DNA of 64,000 nt from Octopus bimaculoides. Its lineage: Eukaryota. The stretch is taken from assembly GCF_001194135.2 (NCBI RefSeq), contig NC_069000.1, forward strand, positions 9,172,372-9,236,371, written 5' to 3'. The notes under the pieces were generated by a model, which saw only the letters and a list, made by a program, of their open reading frames with translations, did not search any database and was not told the DNA's origin. How positions within the stretch are numbered: position 1 is the first letter of the stretch; every line of letters starts with the position of its first letter. Both the position numbers and the translations under genes were made by a program. Shown here piece by piece: positions 40,649 to 52,030 of this stretch.

Positions 40649-41101
40649 CCTTGAGGTATCCTTGTAGTGACTTTTTGAAGGTTTGCCATGGGACCCTCCA
40701 TGTGCACGATGTCTGTTATGTCCATGTCTATTCTGAAGTTTGAGCACCTTCATCTCTTTACGAGCTTTACGACCCCGGATCATGGCCTGAATTTTCGTTG
40801 CAGCTTCATGAGCTCTTGGATCTTCTGGATCGACTGGTGGCAGTGTTTTCTCTGCGTTTGCCTTCACTTTCATCACTTTCATTTGCTGGCGAGCTCGGAA
40901 ACCACGAAACTGTGCCTGAATCTTGGTAGCAGCATGGTGAACATTTGGATCATGGAGAAGCACATTTTCATCCTGGGTTTGTGGTGACTCTGGATTCATG
41001 CGCTTGTGGTAGACATGCTGCTGCTGGTGCATGTGTTTGTGGGGATGGTGACGGTGGTGGTGGTGGTGGTGATGTCCCTGTTGTTGTTTAGACATTTCAT
41101 C
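40649..41101 (-). CDS. IQ-gene exon A: His/Gln-rich basic segment with two IQ motifs (DPNVHHAATKIQAQFRGFRARQQMK; DPRAHEAATKIQAMIRGRKARKEMK)
   Basis: Acceptor tgtttgtcaatcttatcag, starts GAT GAA ATG (phase 0); internal donor AGG|GTAGGC at 40649; otherwise reads on 6 codons to TGA at 40628 (155-aa ORF from ATG 41095). Confidence 0.88.
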
Positions 41102-43298
41102 CTGATAAGATTGACAAACAATTTCTAAAACTGAGATGGGTTTCTACATAGCGATATTATGTATATTGACAATGTAGACAAAAACAGAGAAGGATCTCAA
41201 ATAGTTACTCTAGTAAGTATTCCTCTTAATATGACACTAAAGTATGTACGGATTCTCTTACAGTTATCATTTAAATTATTGAAAGAATATTTTTCTCTTG
41301 TTTCAAAAATACAGTATTTTTAATAAAAATGATTCAAAATTATATCAATGTTAAAGATTTGTCCTACAAAATATATACTTTACAGTGATATTATCATATT
41401 ATCATATATTTTACTATTAAATAAAAATCATTTTCATATTTTGTTAGACTGTAAACAAAATATAAGAGAACAAGCTAAAATGAAGTTATCTACATATCCT
41501 TACTTACATGCAAGGTTAGTAGAAACAATGCATAGGGTAATGGAATTTTAAAAAATGTGTTTTTAGAAAGAATTTGATGCATCTAAAGTTCACTGTTTCG
41601 ATTTACATAAATACAACTAAGTAGATTGTAACATTTCCCATGTTATTATGAAACCCCTACACACAAACATGCATGCTTGTGTGTATGTATGTGTGTGTGA
41701 ATGGATGCATATATGTGTGTGTGCATATATATGTGTATGTGAATGTATGTATGTGTATGTATCATACACACACAAGCGCGCATGGCAGCCTGGAACATGG
41801 TTGCTAAATGACGATACATATTTTTTTCTTTTATGGCACAAAAATGAATTTCTTGCATCATCATCATCATATATATATATATATATATATAACAGGAAAA
41901 AATTCTGTTTTTGATATATTTTTTAATGGTTGTCAGGGCAAGCTTTTACAGTAATTCAAACGGACTGTTTTCTGCTACACAAGTATTTGAAAAAAATACT
42001 ATGAGCTTGTAGGAAGCTGAATTCATGATCTAGTTTCAATTTTTAGCTGTAACAGTTTCATTTCACTTATCTTGCTGATGTCTTTGACAAAGCTATGACT
42101 GTCCCAACCTTCTATAACTCCACTCCATCAATCAATGTAACACTCAGAGAATTTGGTGAATAGTTAATTGTAAAAGGCAAAGACAATATTCTATGGAAAT
42201 GAATTAGCTTGTAATAAATCTATTTTCTTCTTGCATTGATTATCTTTATCAACATGTTACTTTGTCCTTTTCCATGATTACGCACAGATAACAATGTACT
42301 CTTAGATTCATATCTCAAGATTTGTAAGATGTATTAGCTTCAAGTGTGTGAATGTTTCATTGATTCAACTGAAATCAAATCTCTGAATGCATGAAGTATG
42401 TTAGACAGCTAAATTCTATAGTACAAGCTTTACTTTGTAATCTCTTTTGTCCAGGTCTATCTAAGAAATGAGTTAAGGATAGAGAAAGTAATGCTCAAAT
42501 ACAGTTGAGATAAAATGACTGATTGAACACAGTATATGTATAATTAACAATTAAAGTTAAGTCAAATTCTACTGAAAGCATTTCATTGTCTTTAAGTAAA
42601 ACACTAGATTCTACAGGAGAATAGGCTTATATTAGGCTTTGTGGGAGAAGTTATCAATGATGTCAAGTACACTATTCACAAGGAATATTTATTCTCCGTC
42701 CATTAAGGCTGTAGAAATTGAATTTCAGGGGTACAGTCCCTATGAATCCCTATTAAACCAAAATTGCGAAATAGTGAATTCTGCTTTAACTACTTGTTCT
42801 CAGAATATGCAAAACATGCTGGTATGGAAAAGCAGATGATGATGGCAGCAAATGATGATAACAATGAAATAAATCTGTAAGTCAGTCTGAACTCTAAATG
42901 AATATAGGAAAGTTAATGCAAAATTAAAAATTACATTTCAATCTAGATGATACTTTCAAGAAACTAATGTGAAATACCTTTCAAATCTGTTTGAGAATTC
43001 AAATACAATCTAGGAAGGAAAGATTCACATAGCTAAAGGAAAAAGCTAAAATGATGTCTACCAAATCTTTTAGCAAACATTATTTGAGTTAATCAGAAGC
43101 TGTATTAATGGAAAAGTGTTATATTCAAGATTATTCATGATTAGGTAAGTTGAAAAGTAAATTTATCTACTTTAGAACTGCTTAGAAATGTTTTTTGTAA
43201 ATGTTAAAAACAGTTTATATTTATTTATATTGAGCTAGCTAAAATACTCAGGTATTTCCAAAGACATTACATGTCTTAATGCATAATATCCTTTAGAT

Positions 43299-43437
43299 CA
43301 ATCATGAGTGGCCTGCAGTACTTTCTGAACAGCATGTCTAATGATAAATTATCTAGAATTTTTTTTAGTAGTGTGGCCCACCTTATGATGAGCCATGTCT
43401 CATATGGCCTACTTCTTGAAAAAATTGCCTATGCCTG
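43299..43437. mobile_element. hAT-type MITE with intact 8-bp target-site duplication
   Basis: ctttagat at both 43291-43298 and 43438-43445; degenerate CA..TG termini (caatcatgag / rc caggcatagg). Confidence 0.7.
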
Positions 43438-44189
43438 CTTTAGATGTTACTGATGTGACATGTTTTACATAACTACCACTAAACTGTGATTTGATTCTTA
43501 CTTATGTATTGAAAGAAAAACTACTAGAGTGGCTGTTCAGATATTTTTATTTGAATGTACACTTCAATATAGACTTCCATCAGGTAAAGATAGTATCTTC
43601 TTGTTAAGCACCTGGAGAAAATACTGACTTTTTTAACCTTATGTAGATCTCTGATAATTTTTTGTAAAGTTAAACAGTTGAGAGACAAACTACCTCCTAC
43701 ATAAGATGTGTATCTCCCAAAGATTACTTTTGAGAGAAGTCAACAATAAAATACAAGGGGTTACCCATCCACCAGTTAATTAAACAGTGTGTCCACACAT
43801 AGTGCTGATGACAAAATATGAATTGACAGTCTCTTGTCTTTATGCTCAGTACCTTATAAACTTGGCTGTTTGTGATTTCCTGGCCATTCACAAAATACTA
43901 AAAAGAGAGTACTGTTGAATAATTCTAATTTAGCTTTCTGAACATTGCTTCGTTTGAGAAGCTACATATATGATAACCCCAAACCACTAAAATTTATTTA
44001 TCAACATCTTAAAGCTTGCCAAGGATTTTTCAACTTAACTTTAATGTAGCCTGAAATGTATAGTACAAAAAATTATTTATAAATATGTTTTTTTTTATAT
44101 TTCTAAGCAAGCTCACTGTATTTAGATTTTATAAATGTTTCTTCCAAATTCAATTTACTTCAATTTTATTGAAAATGTAAGAGAAATAT

Positions 44190-44241
44190 TATGCGTGTAT
44201 ACACATACACATACACACACATATGTATGCACATACACACA

Positions 44242-44281
<40 letters not shown>

Positions 44282-44291
44282 NNNNNNNNNN

Positions 44292-44340
<49 letters not shown>
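44190..44340. repeat. (CA)n/(TA)n compound microsatellite with gap 44282-44291
   Basis: Direct inspection. Confidence 0.95.
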
Positions 44341-44342
<2 letters not shown>

Positions 44343-46068
44343 TCTATGCAGAAAAACACATACACACATTTATGTGTATGTGTGCACACATGCGTGTTCA
44401 TGCATGTATATATACAAACACACACACACATTTTAAAGAGATTGTAATTCAAATATGCTTGCAACTAAGAGTTTATCTAAGAATGGTTCTCCTTAAAACA
44501 TGGCTAAATTTCAATACAATTTTCCATTTAATGTTTTGAGTTGGTTTTGATTTTATTAGACATTCCTTTGAGAGTGAGAGGAGGTAAAATCAGAGCTGCT
44601 GATTTTGAAGAATGCAAAATTACAGAAAGTAAATAGATTTAACATCTGGTAGATGCTTGATTACCATAACTTTAGATAACAACAAATTTAAGATTCATTA
44701 AAATAACTAAACAAAAACAAAACAAGCATTATTAGTTGATTACCAAATTACCCAAAGAAAAAAAAAATGTAAGCACAACAAATATTAAAAACCATGCAGG
44801 ATAGATGCTTGTTGAAGATTTAGATGTTTAAAAAAAATTTTTTTTAATTAAAATTAACTGAAGGCAAATGGGGCTGGTATAAAGAGATTCAAAGAAAGTC
44901 TCTAATGATTAAATCAAGATCTAAGATGGAAAGTAAAAAAAAAAAAAAAAAAAAAAAAATAATGAAAATGAAAATATTCATTAAAGGACTTCAAAGGTGC
45001 CTTAGTTACATTTCTTTTAGTAAATAAATATACTTTGATTAGATTTCCTTAGGCAAATGGCTATATATAGATATAGAGTTTTTGGTGGGATACCTCCATC
45101 AGTTATACTAAAGCAAATCAATTGAGTATTTGATTGATATTTTAAAATTTTGGTTACACTTGTTTTTGAGGTAGTTTTAACATTAGGAAGTTCATAATCG
45201 GAAATCTGACTACTATATTAAGCAGATTCAATCATAACATGGAAGTTCTCACAGCTTAATTACAAATAGTTGTCATTATTTAGCAACAAGTCAATCCTAG
45301 TCATATAAAACTATGAATAAAGGCATGCCAGTCATGACTATCCAATCTTTAAAGAAATATGTAAGGCTATATTATACAAAGTATCCTTCTATACATATAT
45401 TTTTTTAAATAATAAGGCACTTTTTGATGGGGAGTTGACTACTATTTCTAGCAGGTTGAATTAACACATAGCAGCTTTCTTGTAGGCTTGCAATTACATG
45501 TGGTAATCAGCGAAGATGTAACAGATATATAATTAATGTTGTTGCATCCAGATGCATCCTTAGTTAATGCATTTCAATGCTGTAGTATTTGCAGTAAGAT
45601 GCACACATACAACTTAAGGATTAGTATCACAATAATTTAGCTTTCATCCATTAAACCACCCAGAAATTTTAAAAAATAGTAATCACTCCAATATTCACAA
45701 TTTCTTATAAATTAATAACTATGGAGTATATAAACACTCAGGTATAAGAACAGATAAGTGGATCTGATAATGGACTCACAATTCATTTGTCTGGAGTTAG
45801 CCCCAGATCAACCCTGATTCAGCAGACTTATGATCAAAGACACTCCAACCATGACCATTTTGATTTTTTAAGACTAGTAGGACTATATTGTCTAATGTTC
45901 TTTCTTTAATTAAGATGTAAGGCTGTAATCTGAGAGTTTTTTTTAACAAGTCAAACAACCATGTAGATGCTTGCATATTAGTCCACAGTTTAATTCACTG
46001 GTGTCTCTTGCTAATACACTAAATGTTTCCGTTTTCCTAGCTGTTGGAAAATCTTCAGGGAATGTTAC

Positions 46069-46115
46069 CCTTCATAGTCTGATAGCCGGTCCAAAGAAGA
46101 TTTATTTCCCATTTT
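46069..46115 (-). CDS. Possible upstream coding exon (MGNKSSLDRLSDYE-G); speculative
   Basis: T-rich acceptor, aaaATGG context, donor GG|GTAACA (phase 2); no in-frame link to exon A identified. Confidence 0.2.
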
Positions 46116-46440
46116 CTTAATATCAAAACATGAAAATAAGCATTAGGTTTGGCATCATGAGTCTCTGAAAACATATATGATAACACATGTCAGTATCAGA
46201 CTGAAAGAATTCAGTCAACACAAGACTAATGGATAAATAATTCTTTTTAATATGATTGTATCAATTTCCTAGCACCACTGGTTTCCTGCAAGGCAAATCT
46301 GCATTTATTCAACCAGGGTTTGAAATACTCTTCTCTACTAAATTTGACTCTCATCAAATTTAATGGTAGGCAAATTATTAAAATGTATAGCAACATATAC
46401 ATAAATATCAGGGGTATTTGACTAATCTTTTTCTCCACAG

Positions 46441-46506
46441 TACTTAATGTTTTCGCAACTCTATAAGAACATAGTAAAAAAGATTGTTCAGTAAATATGT
46501 TTAAAG
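46441..46506 (+). ncRNA. Candidate non-coding exon on the strand opposite the IQ gene
   Basis: ttgactaat branch point, ctttttctccacag acceptor, AAG|GTAAGT donor; stops in all three frames. Confidence 0.3.
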
Positions 46507-47920
46507 GTAAGTATGTGCGTGTGTGTATACATGAAGGGATAGTTTATGTAAGAGTGTCTTGAATCATTAACCAAAGTATCTTGTTTTATACTAGATGCCA
46601 GATGGCATATTTCTTTTCTTCCAGCCTAAAGAGTTAAGCTGGCTTGTTAGTTTTAATGGAAATATATTGTAGATTTTATAGGAAAACTACCTACCTAGTC
46701 TGCTGCAATAAATGGCTTCACCCTAACACCAACCAAACATTCAACTTCCATACTGCCAAGCTGATTATGAAACCACATTGAACATTTAAGGTTGATGTTT
46801 ATCCAATAATTGAGAAAGCATACAAGCTGAAATTTGGTGTTAGTTTTCTCACTGTGTCTGTTGACTAAATCTGGTTATTTACAGTACTCTGGCAGTGCCT
46901 GTTGACTAAAGGGATTTATTCCAGACATTTCTATCAATATCAAAGATCTAAAAGTATTTTCTTTTAACATTTTTAGCAAATCCACCTAACTAAAAATGCT
47001 TACTTTTAGTATATCTAGCAATTTTAGTTGGTTAAATATGCTTTTATAATGCAAAGTTTGTAAATTTACATAACTTTGTCTGCAGTAGGGAAAAAAGAGA
47101 TATTTTTAGTTAAATCCTTTATTGAAGAGAAAAATAATTTAGAAATGACCATAAAGATTTCTTCCATATATAGTAAGATGTATGTTGACTTAAGTGAGGA
47201 GATGAGAGTTTAAGTTCCATGAGGTTCCCAAATTCTTATTCTTACTCATATTCCCTGTATATATGTGTGTTTTACATCACACACACATACACATGAGAGA
47301 AAGAGAATAGAAATTTGACAACCTAGTGGGATTCAAACTCTTGCCTACTCTTTATGGCCTTGATGTAATGAACCCATGCCAGTATGGAAAGCGGACGTTA
47401 AACGATGACAACGACGATGATGATTATATGTATTCTACTAAATACACACACACACACACACAGAGCTTCTGATCACCAGTTGCACTTTTTGTCAATCAGT
47501 GAAATCAACTGATTGGGCCTCTCAAACTATATATTCATTCAGTACAGTTGATTTTCCAAAACCGTCATATATTCAAAACACAACAATCATAGTATACTTT
47601 TAATCTAAACTATTTGGTTATTTCACTTAATAAACTCACATATATGAAATAATAAAACAATCATCTATAAACAATTGAAAGAAAAAAATAATCAAAAGAA
47701 TCTATTTAATCAAGAAAGGAATAATTTGAGATGAAAGAACTGATTGATTGAAACACCTTTATCATCTCTTTTATTATATCTTTCCTCATAACATTTCATT
47801 ATTTAGTTCCAATCTTTTTCTTTTTTCTCTGCACTATTTTAGGTTTTGATAAAAACACTTGGCTAAGATGACTGGTGCAGTAAAAATACTGTAAGCAATA
47901 AAGTGGGGAGGGAGGGATGT

Positions 47921-47961
<41 letters not shown>

Positions 47962-48331
47962 TGTGGAAACCTATAAATGTAAGCATTCTATATAGAATCT
48001 ATTAGTATGAAGATGAAACAATAACTAATATGATTAAGCTCTCTGATGAAGCAAGTTTTATTCAAGGAAAGAATTTATGACATAATGTAGATGAGAAGAG
48101 CCTGAGCTAATATTGATTGAGAAACTGATGCTACAGGCACAGTTTCAGTATTAGTAAATATTTATAAAAATAATCCACAAAAAAAAAAAATCACACCATT
48201 CTTAGCAAGAGGGAATGTATATTCACTGCTAAAAACTTGGTTTGAATTCAAAAGTTGCTTGTGAAATAGGGAAAGTGCTTAGATTCTTAGTTCATAAGTT
48301 GAAAACTAACTAAAATAAGGCTTAATGTTAG

Positions 48332-48681
48332 TTAACCCCTTTGCTGCTAAACCACCTGAGACTGCCCTTGTTTTTTAATACAAACTGTTTTAAAGTGTTC
48401 TATTGAAATTTAATATTATTTATATTACAAACACCAGCTTCATAATGATTCTAAGCCAACATTTTAATTCAACGTTTGATAGCAATGCTTGAGGATTTGG
48501 CTCGTTAAATGCAATAGGTTTCTCTAGATGGATCAAACATTGAAAATGCCTTCAACCATTCCTTTTAAATGCTTACTTCATATTCTAAGATGAGAAAATC
48601 TAATGAATTGTAATTCAAATGTGAATATTTTTCTTAAGACAGAAGATAATGATTAAATCATGAATAATGTACAAGAGTTAA
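48332..48681. mobile_element. Decayed piggyBac-like MITE
   Basis: TTAA at both ends, left terminus ttaacccctttg, degraded right terminus caagagttaa. Confidence 0.45.
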
Positions 48682-48865
48682 AGAGAAAAATCTTCACATT
48701 AGTCTACATCACTCCTTTCCCTTTTCCTCTCTTTCTCCCTCCCTGTTGTTCATTGTGTTTTAGACTGATCTTTGTTACAGATTGAGAGTCCTCTGATAAA
48801 TATACTACCAAATACAGTACTACTCTGTTATTAACAAGGCAGTAGTCTGTTTGTAGACAGTTTTC

Positions 48866-48910
<45 letters not shown>

Positions 48911-50520
48911 CTCCTTTTGAGAGATGCTGTTTTAACTCAACTTCTCTCTATCTTATCTTATTCCTAAAACAGACATTTCTTACCAGCTGGAGTAATCTAT
49001 TGTAGTAGACCCAACAGAAAGGGATTTACTCTATATTTTCTCATGAGTTCTTTTGAGTTATTTTTCTACTCCTTATTATATAACTCCTCAGATATAGTTA
49101 GCCATAGTGGATCTTCCTTGATGACCCAAAGTCTTAATCTGTGTGCCATGACTAAGCTATGAGGATTGGTTTGTAATGAGTGATAGTCATTGCGATACTC
49201 GTGTAATAATTCCTTAGTCTCCAAAAACCTGTCACAATAGATCTTCTTTAGTTTCAGCATGGGGAAATAACAAGACAACTGCAGTCTGAATCATTATAGT
49301 TCTTGGCAGAAGCAAATTGTATGAAGATTACCAATTCCATTTTTTGTTTTGCATAATAAACTGTGAATATGTATCTATAATTTAAAACATGAACTCCAGT
49401 ACTCTATTAATGAACCAAAATCCAGTTACTACATTCACACAAACAAGAAGCAAATATACATAATTGTGTGTATATAAAACGGGCAAACAGAGGTAGACTG
49501 GCATTCAGACAGGTGTGTATATTTGGCTCAAACCAGTTAGATAAGGTCAAATAAGCATTTCACGTTCAAATGCTGTATAGGTGCCAAAGAAATTTAACAA
49601 TATGGAGCCAAGTCTGCACTACTTGGCAGACACATCAAGAATGTCTTGTTCAGTGGGCAAAAAATTTTAAAATGTAAATCACTGCTAAATATATTGCAAT
49701 ACACATGGAAAAATTTGCATAATTATGTGTTAATTGATGCATCTATGTATAGAGTGAATTGCATGCGTACACACTAATTGGTGTTTTATCTATAAACAAA
49801 ATTTATGGTTTCAAATTACAAATATAAATGAAAAGTAACAAACATTACAAATGGTTAATTTATATCCACAATGTGCATGTACAAGCACACTTCAGTATGA
49901 TGCTTCTGATGATGATGATAGTCATCATCTCATTATCATCTTCATCCCCATAAACAAGACAGCAATCATGACAACATGATTTGTCATGACCATCCTGTGT
50001 ATTCTAATAATCTCGATCATGTTTATAAGTGAAGAGTATGATTGTGATGGCTACAAAGATGAACATGGAGGCAATAATGACAATGATGATCATGGTCGTA
50101 CTAATACTGATGACGATTAAGATTTTAATTCCTATGGCCACTTTTCAGAATGCATACTTCCACCAGCCATTAACCTAACAATCACCATCAATATCAATGC
50201 TACCACCATCACTGCTATCACAGTCACATCCAATGACTCCCTCATTATCATCATCAGTTTTATTTTTCTCTCTTTTTCTGTGGGAAACTAGTAAAATCCA
50301 CAAGATACAAACATAAATCACACTCAAATTCACCACAGATGGAATAAGCTATGTAAGTAACCTGATGTTAAACATCAAACAATTTTAAATTTGGTGATTA
50401 TCATTTCATTATTTATATCATTCCCTTAATCACTTGCTGCCTACTACAAAAACATGGCATCATCACATCACTATCATCACTTCATTCAGAAGATTAGACT
50501 GAGAAATGAATAAATAAATG

Positions 50521-50523
50521 AAT

Positions 50524-50583
<60 letters not shown>
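50521..50583. repeat. (CA)n microsatellite
   Basis: Direct inspection. Confidence 0.98.
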
Positions 50584-50586
<3 letters not shown>

Positions 50587-50972
50587 GATCCACTGCATGG
50601 CAACTTGCACAAGTATATCTACAATAGTTCCAGTGGATTTGGTAGACAGAAACTAAGAAGCTTATTGTGTGTGTGTGTGTGTGCGTGTGTGTGTGTGCAC
50701 GTGCATGTGTGTATGTGCATATGAGTGTGCTTATATTCCCTGTTGCCTTTACAAGCAAACAGTGTCATTTGCGTGCAACCCGCCATGAAAGCATGTCTGG
50801 GCTTCTTGACATGTCTTGCCATGGTGTGGGTTGTTTGTTGTTTAACAGACTGGGAGATTATTACCTTGCTTGGAAACAGGTAATCACTTGGTGTCAAGAA
50901 GGGCATCCAGTTGGGAAAAAATCTGCCCCAACTTACATTTGTCAGACCCATAAAAGCATGGAAAAGATGATA

Positions 50973-51016
<44 letters not shown>

Positions 51017-51464
51017 TACATACATTTTATACACATATACATATATGTTGAGCAAGAACTGCTTGACAATTTGCAAATTCTGAATATTACAGAACAAAGA
51101 AGAAGAGAAACCAGCAGCCATTCAGCTTAGAATTGATAGAATTTAACAGCAGATAATTAGATAGTTAATAAGTAGGTTGCAATAAAACTGAAGAAGAATT
51201 TGTGAAAAGTGTGGGGGGGGGGGGGAAGGAAAAAAGAAAATACAGAAAACAGGGAAAAATATCTATAGATATTATATAATTAGAAAATGTTCAACTGAAG
51301 ATAAAAATTTAAAATGTTTGTTGTGTCTTGTTTTATTTTATAATGAGATGAATAAAAGCAGTTGAGATTTTTTGTCAGTCACAAGATTTAGACTGTTTAT
51401 AGCTTTAAGGAAGTTCAGAACTACATATTTCTCTATGCATAGGACTATACATATTCACATTGCA

Positions 51465-51506
<42 letters not shown>

Positions 51507-51889
51507 TGTGTGTGTGCATGCCTGTCGGTCTGTTTACTTGTAACATATATCTATCTCGTATATCTGTATAGTGTGTCTAAGTATGTCAGTATGTATGTAT
51601 TTATTCCTGTAATTATTGCAAGCTAGCCAATTCTTAACTATATATTTATCTGACTGTTTTCTTATCTATCTATAAATCTTTGGCTGTTCCTTCACCTAAC
51701 CAGCTATCTACCTCCTCCCAATACACCATCCATGCATCCATTCATTCATTTACCCATCTGTCTATCTATAAATCCATTATTTATTATTTTTTATTTTTTG
51801 CCTGTACACTAAAGTACACAGTATTTGATAGTATCCTTTTCAGTAAATGCTTCCAAGTTTTTCATCCTTTAATGAAACCCAATGTCTGT

Positions 51890-52030
51890 AAAAACAGAGT
51901 TCTAGGAAACTGTTTGAGGTTGGCCCTTCAGTCTTGCTAAGCCCTGTAAAGGAACCCAGAAGTTTTGGGCTTCCAACCAGGCCTTTCATGATACTCTTAA
52001 AGCCAGGACCTTTTCAGCACCTCCTAGTAT
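51890..52030 (-). mobile_element. Tc1/mariner-derived MITE remnant
   Basis: Terminus tactaggaggtgctgaaaaggtcctggcttt resembles a mariner TIR; internal part resembles a degraded mariner transposase C-terminus. Confidence 0.55.

Larger units (their letters stand above)
15003..41101 (-). other. Multi-exon gene span: five-IQ calmodulin-binding protein (neurogranin/GAP-43/PEP-19/igloo-like); 5' and 3' ends unresolved
   Basis: Four co-oriented exons with AG/GT boundaries splice in frame and share the same DP-x4-AA-x-KIQ-x-x-[FI]RG motif. Confidence 0.75.

Noticed and set aside
40652-40663. AAG GAT ACC TCA also formed at the exon C/D junction
   Set aside because: A 12-nt match with no extension; treated as coincidence.
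15003-41101. Assignment as ASPM, Sp17 or myosin; naming a gene symbol
   Set aside because: No dense IQ array and no CH, RIIa or motor domain in the window; orthology to igloo or neurogranin cannot be shown without a search.
49066-49278. 70-aa protein-like minus ORF
   Set aside because: No recognisable motif and no convincing splice pair.
49900-50260. Asp/His-rich-looking frames
   Set aside because: Degenerate (GAT)/(CAT) trinucleotide mosaic with no splice signals.
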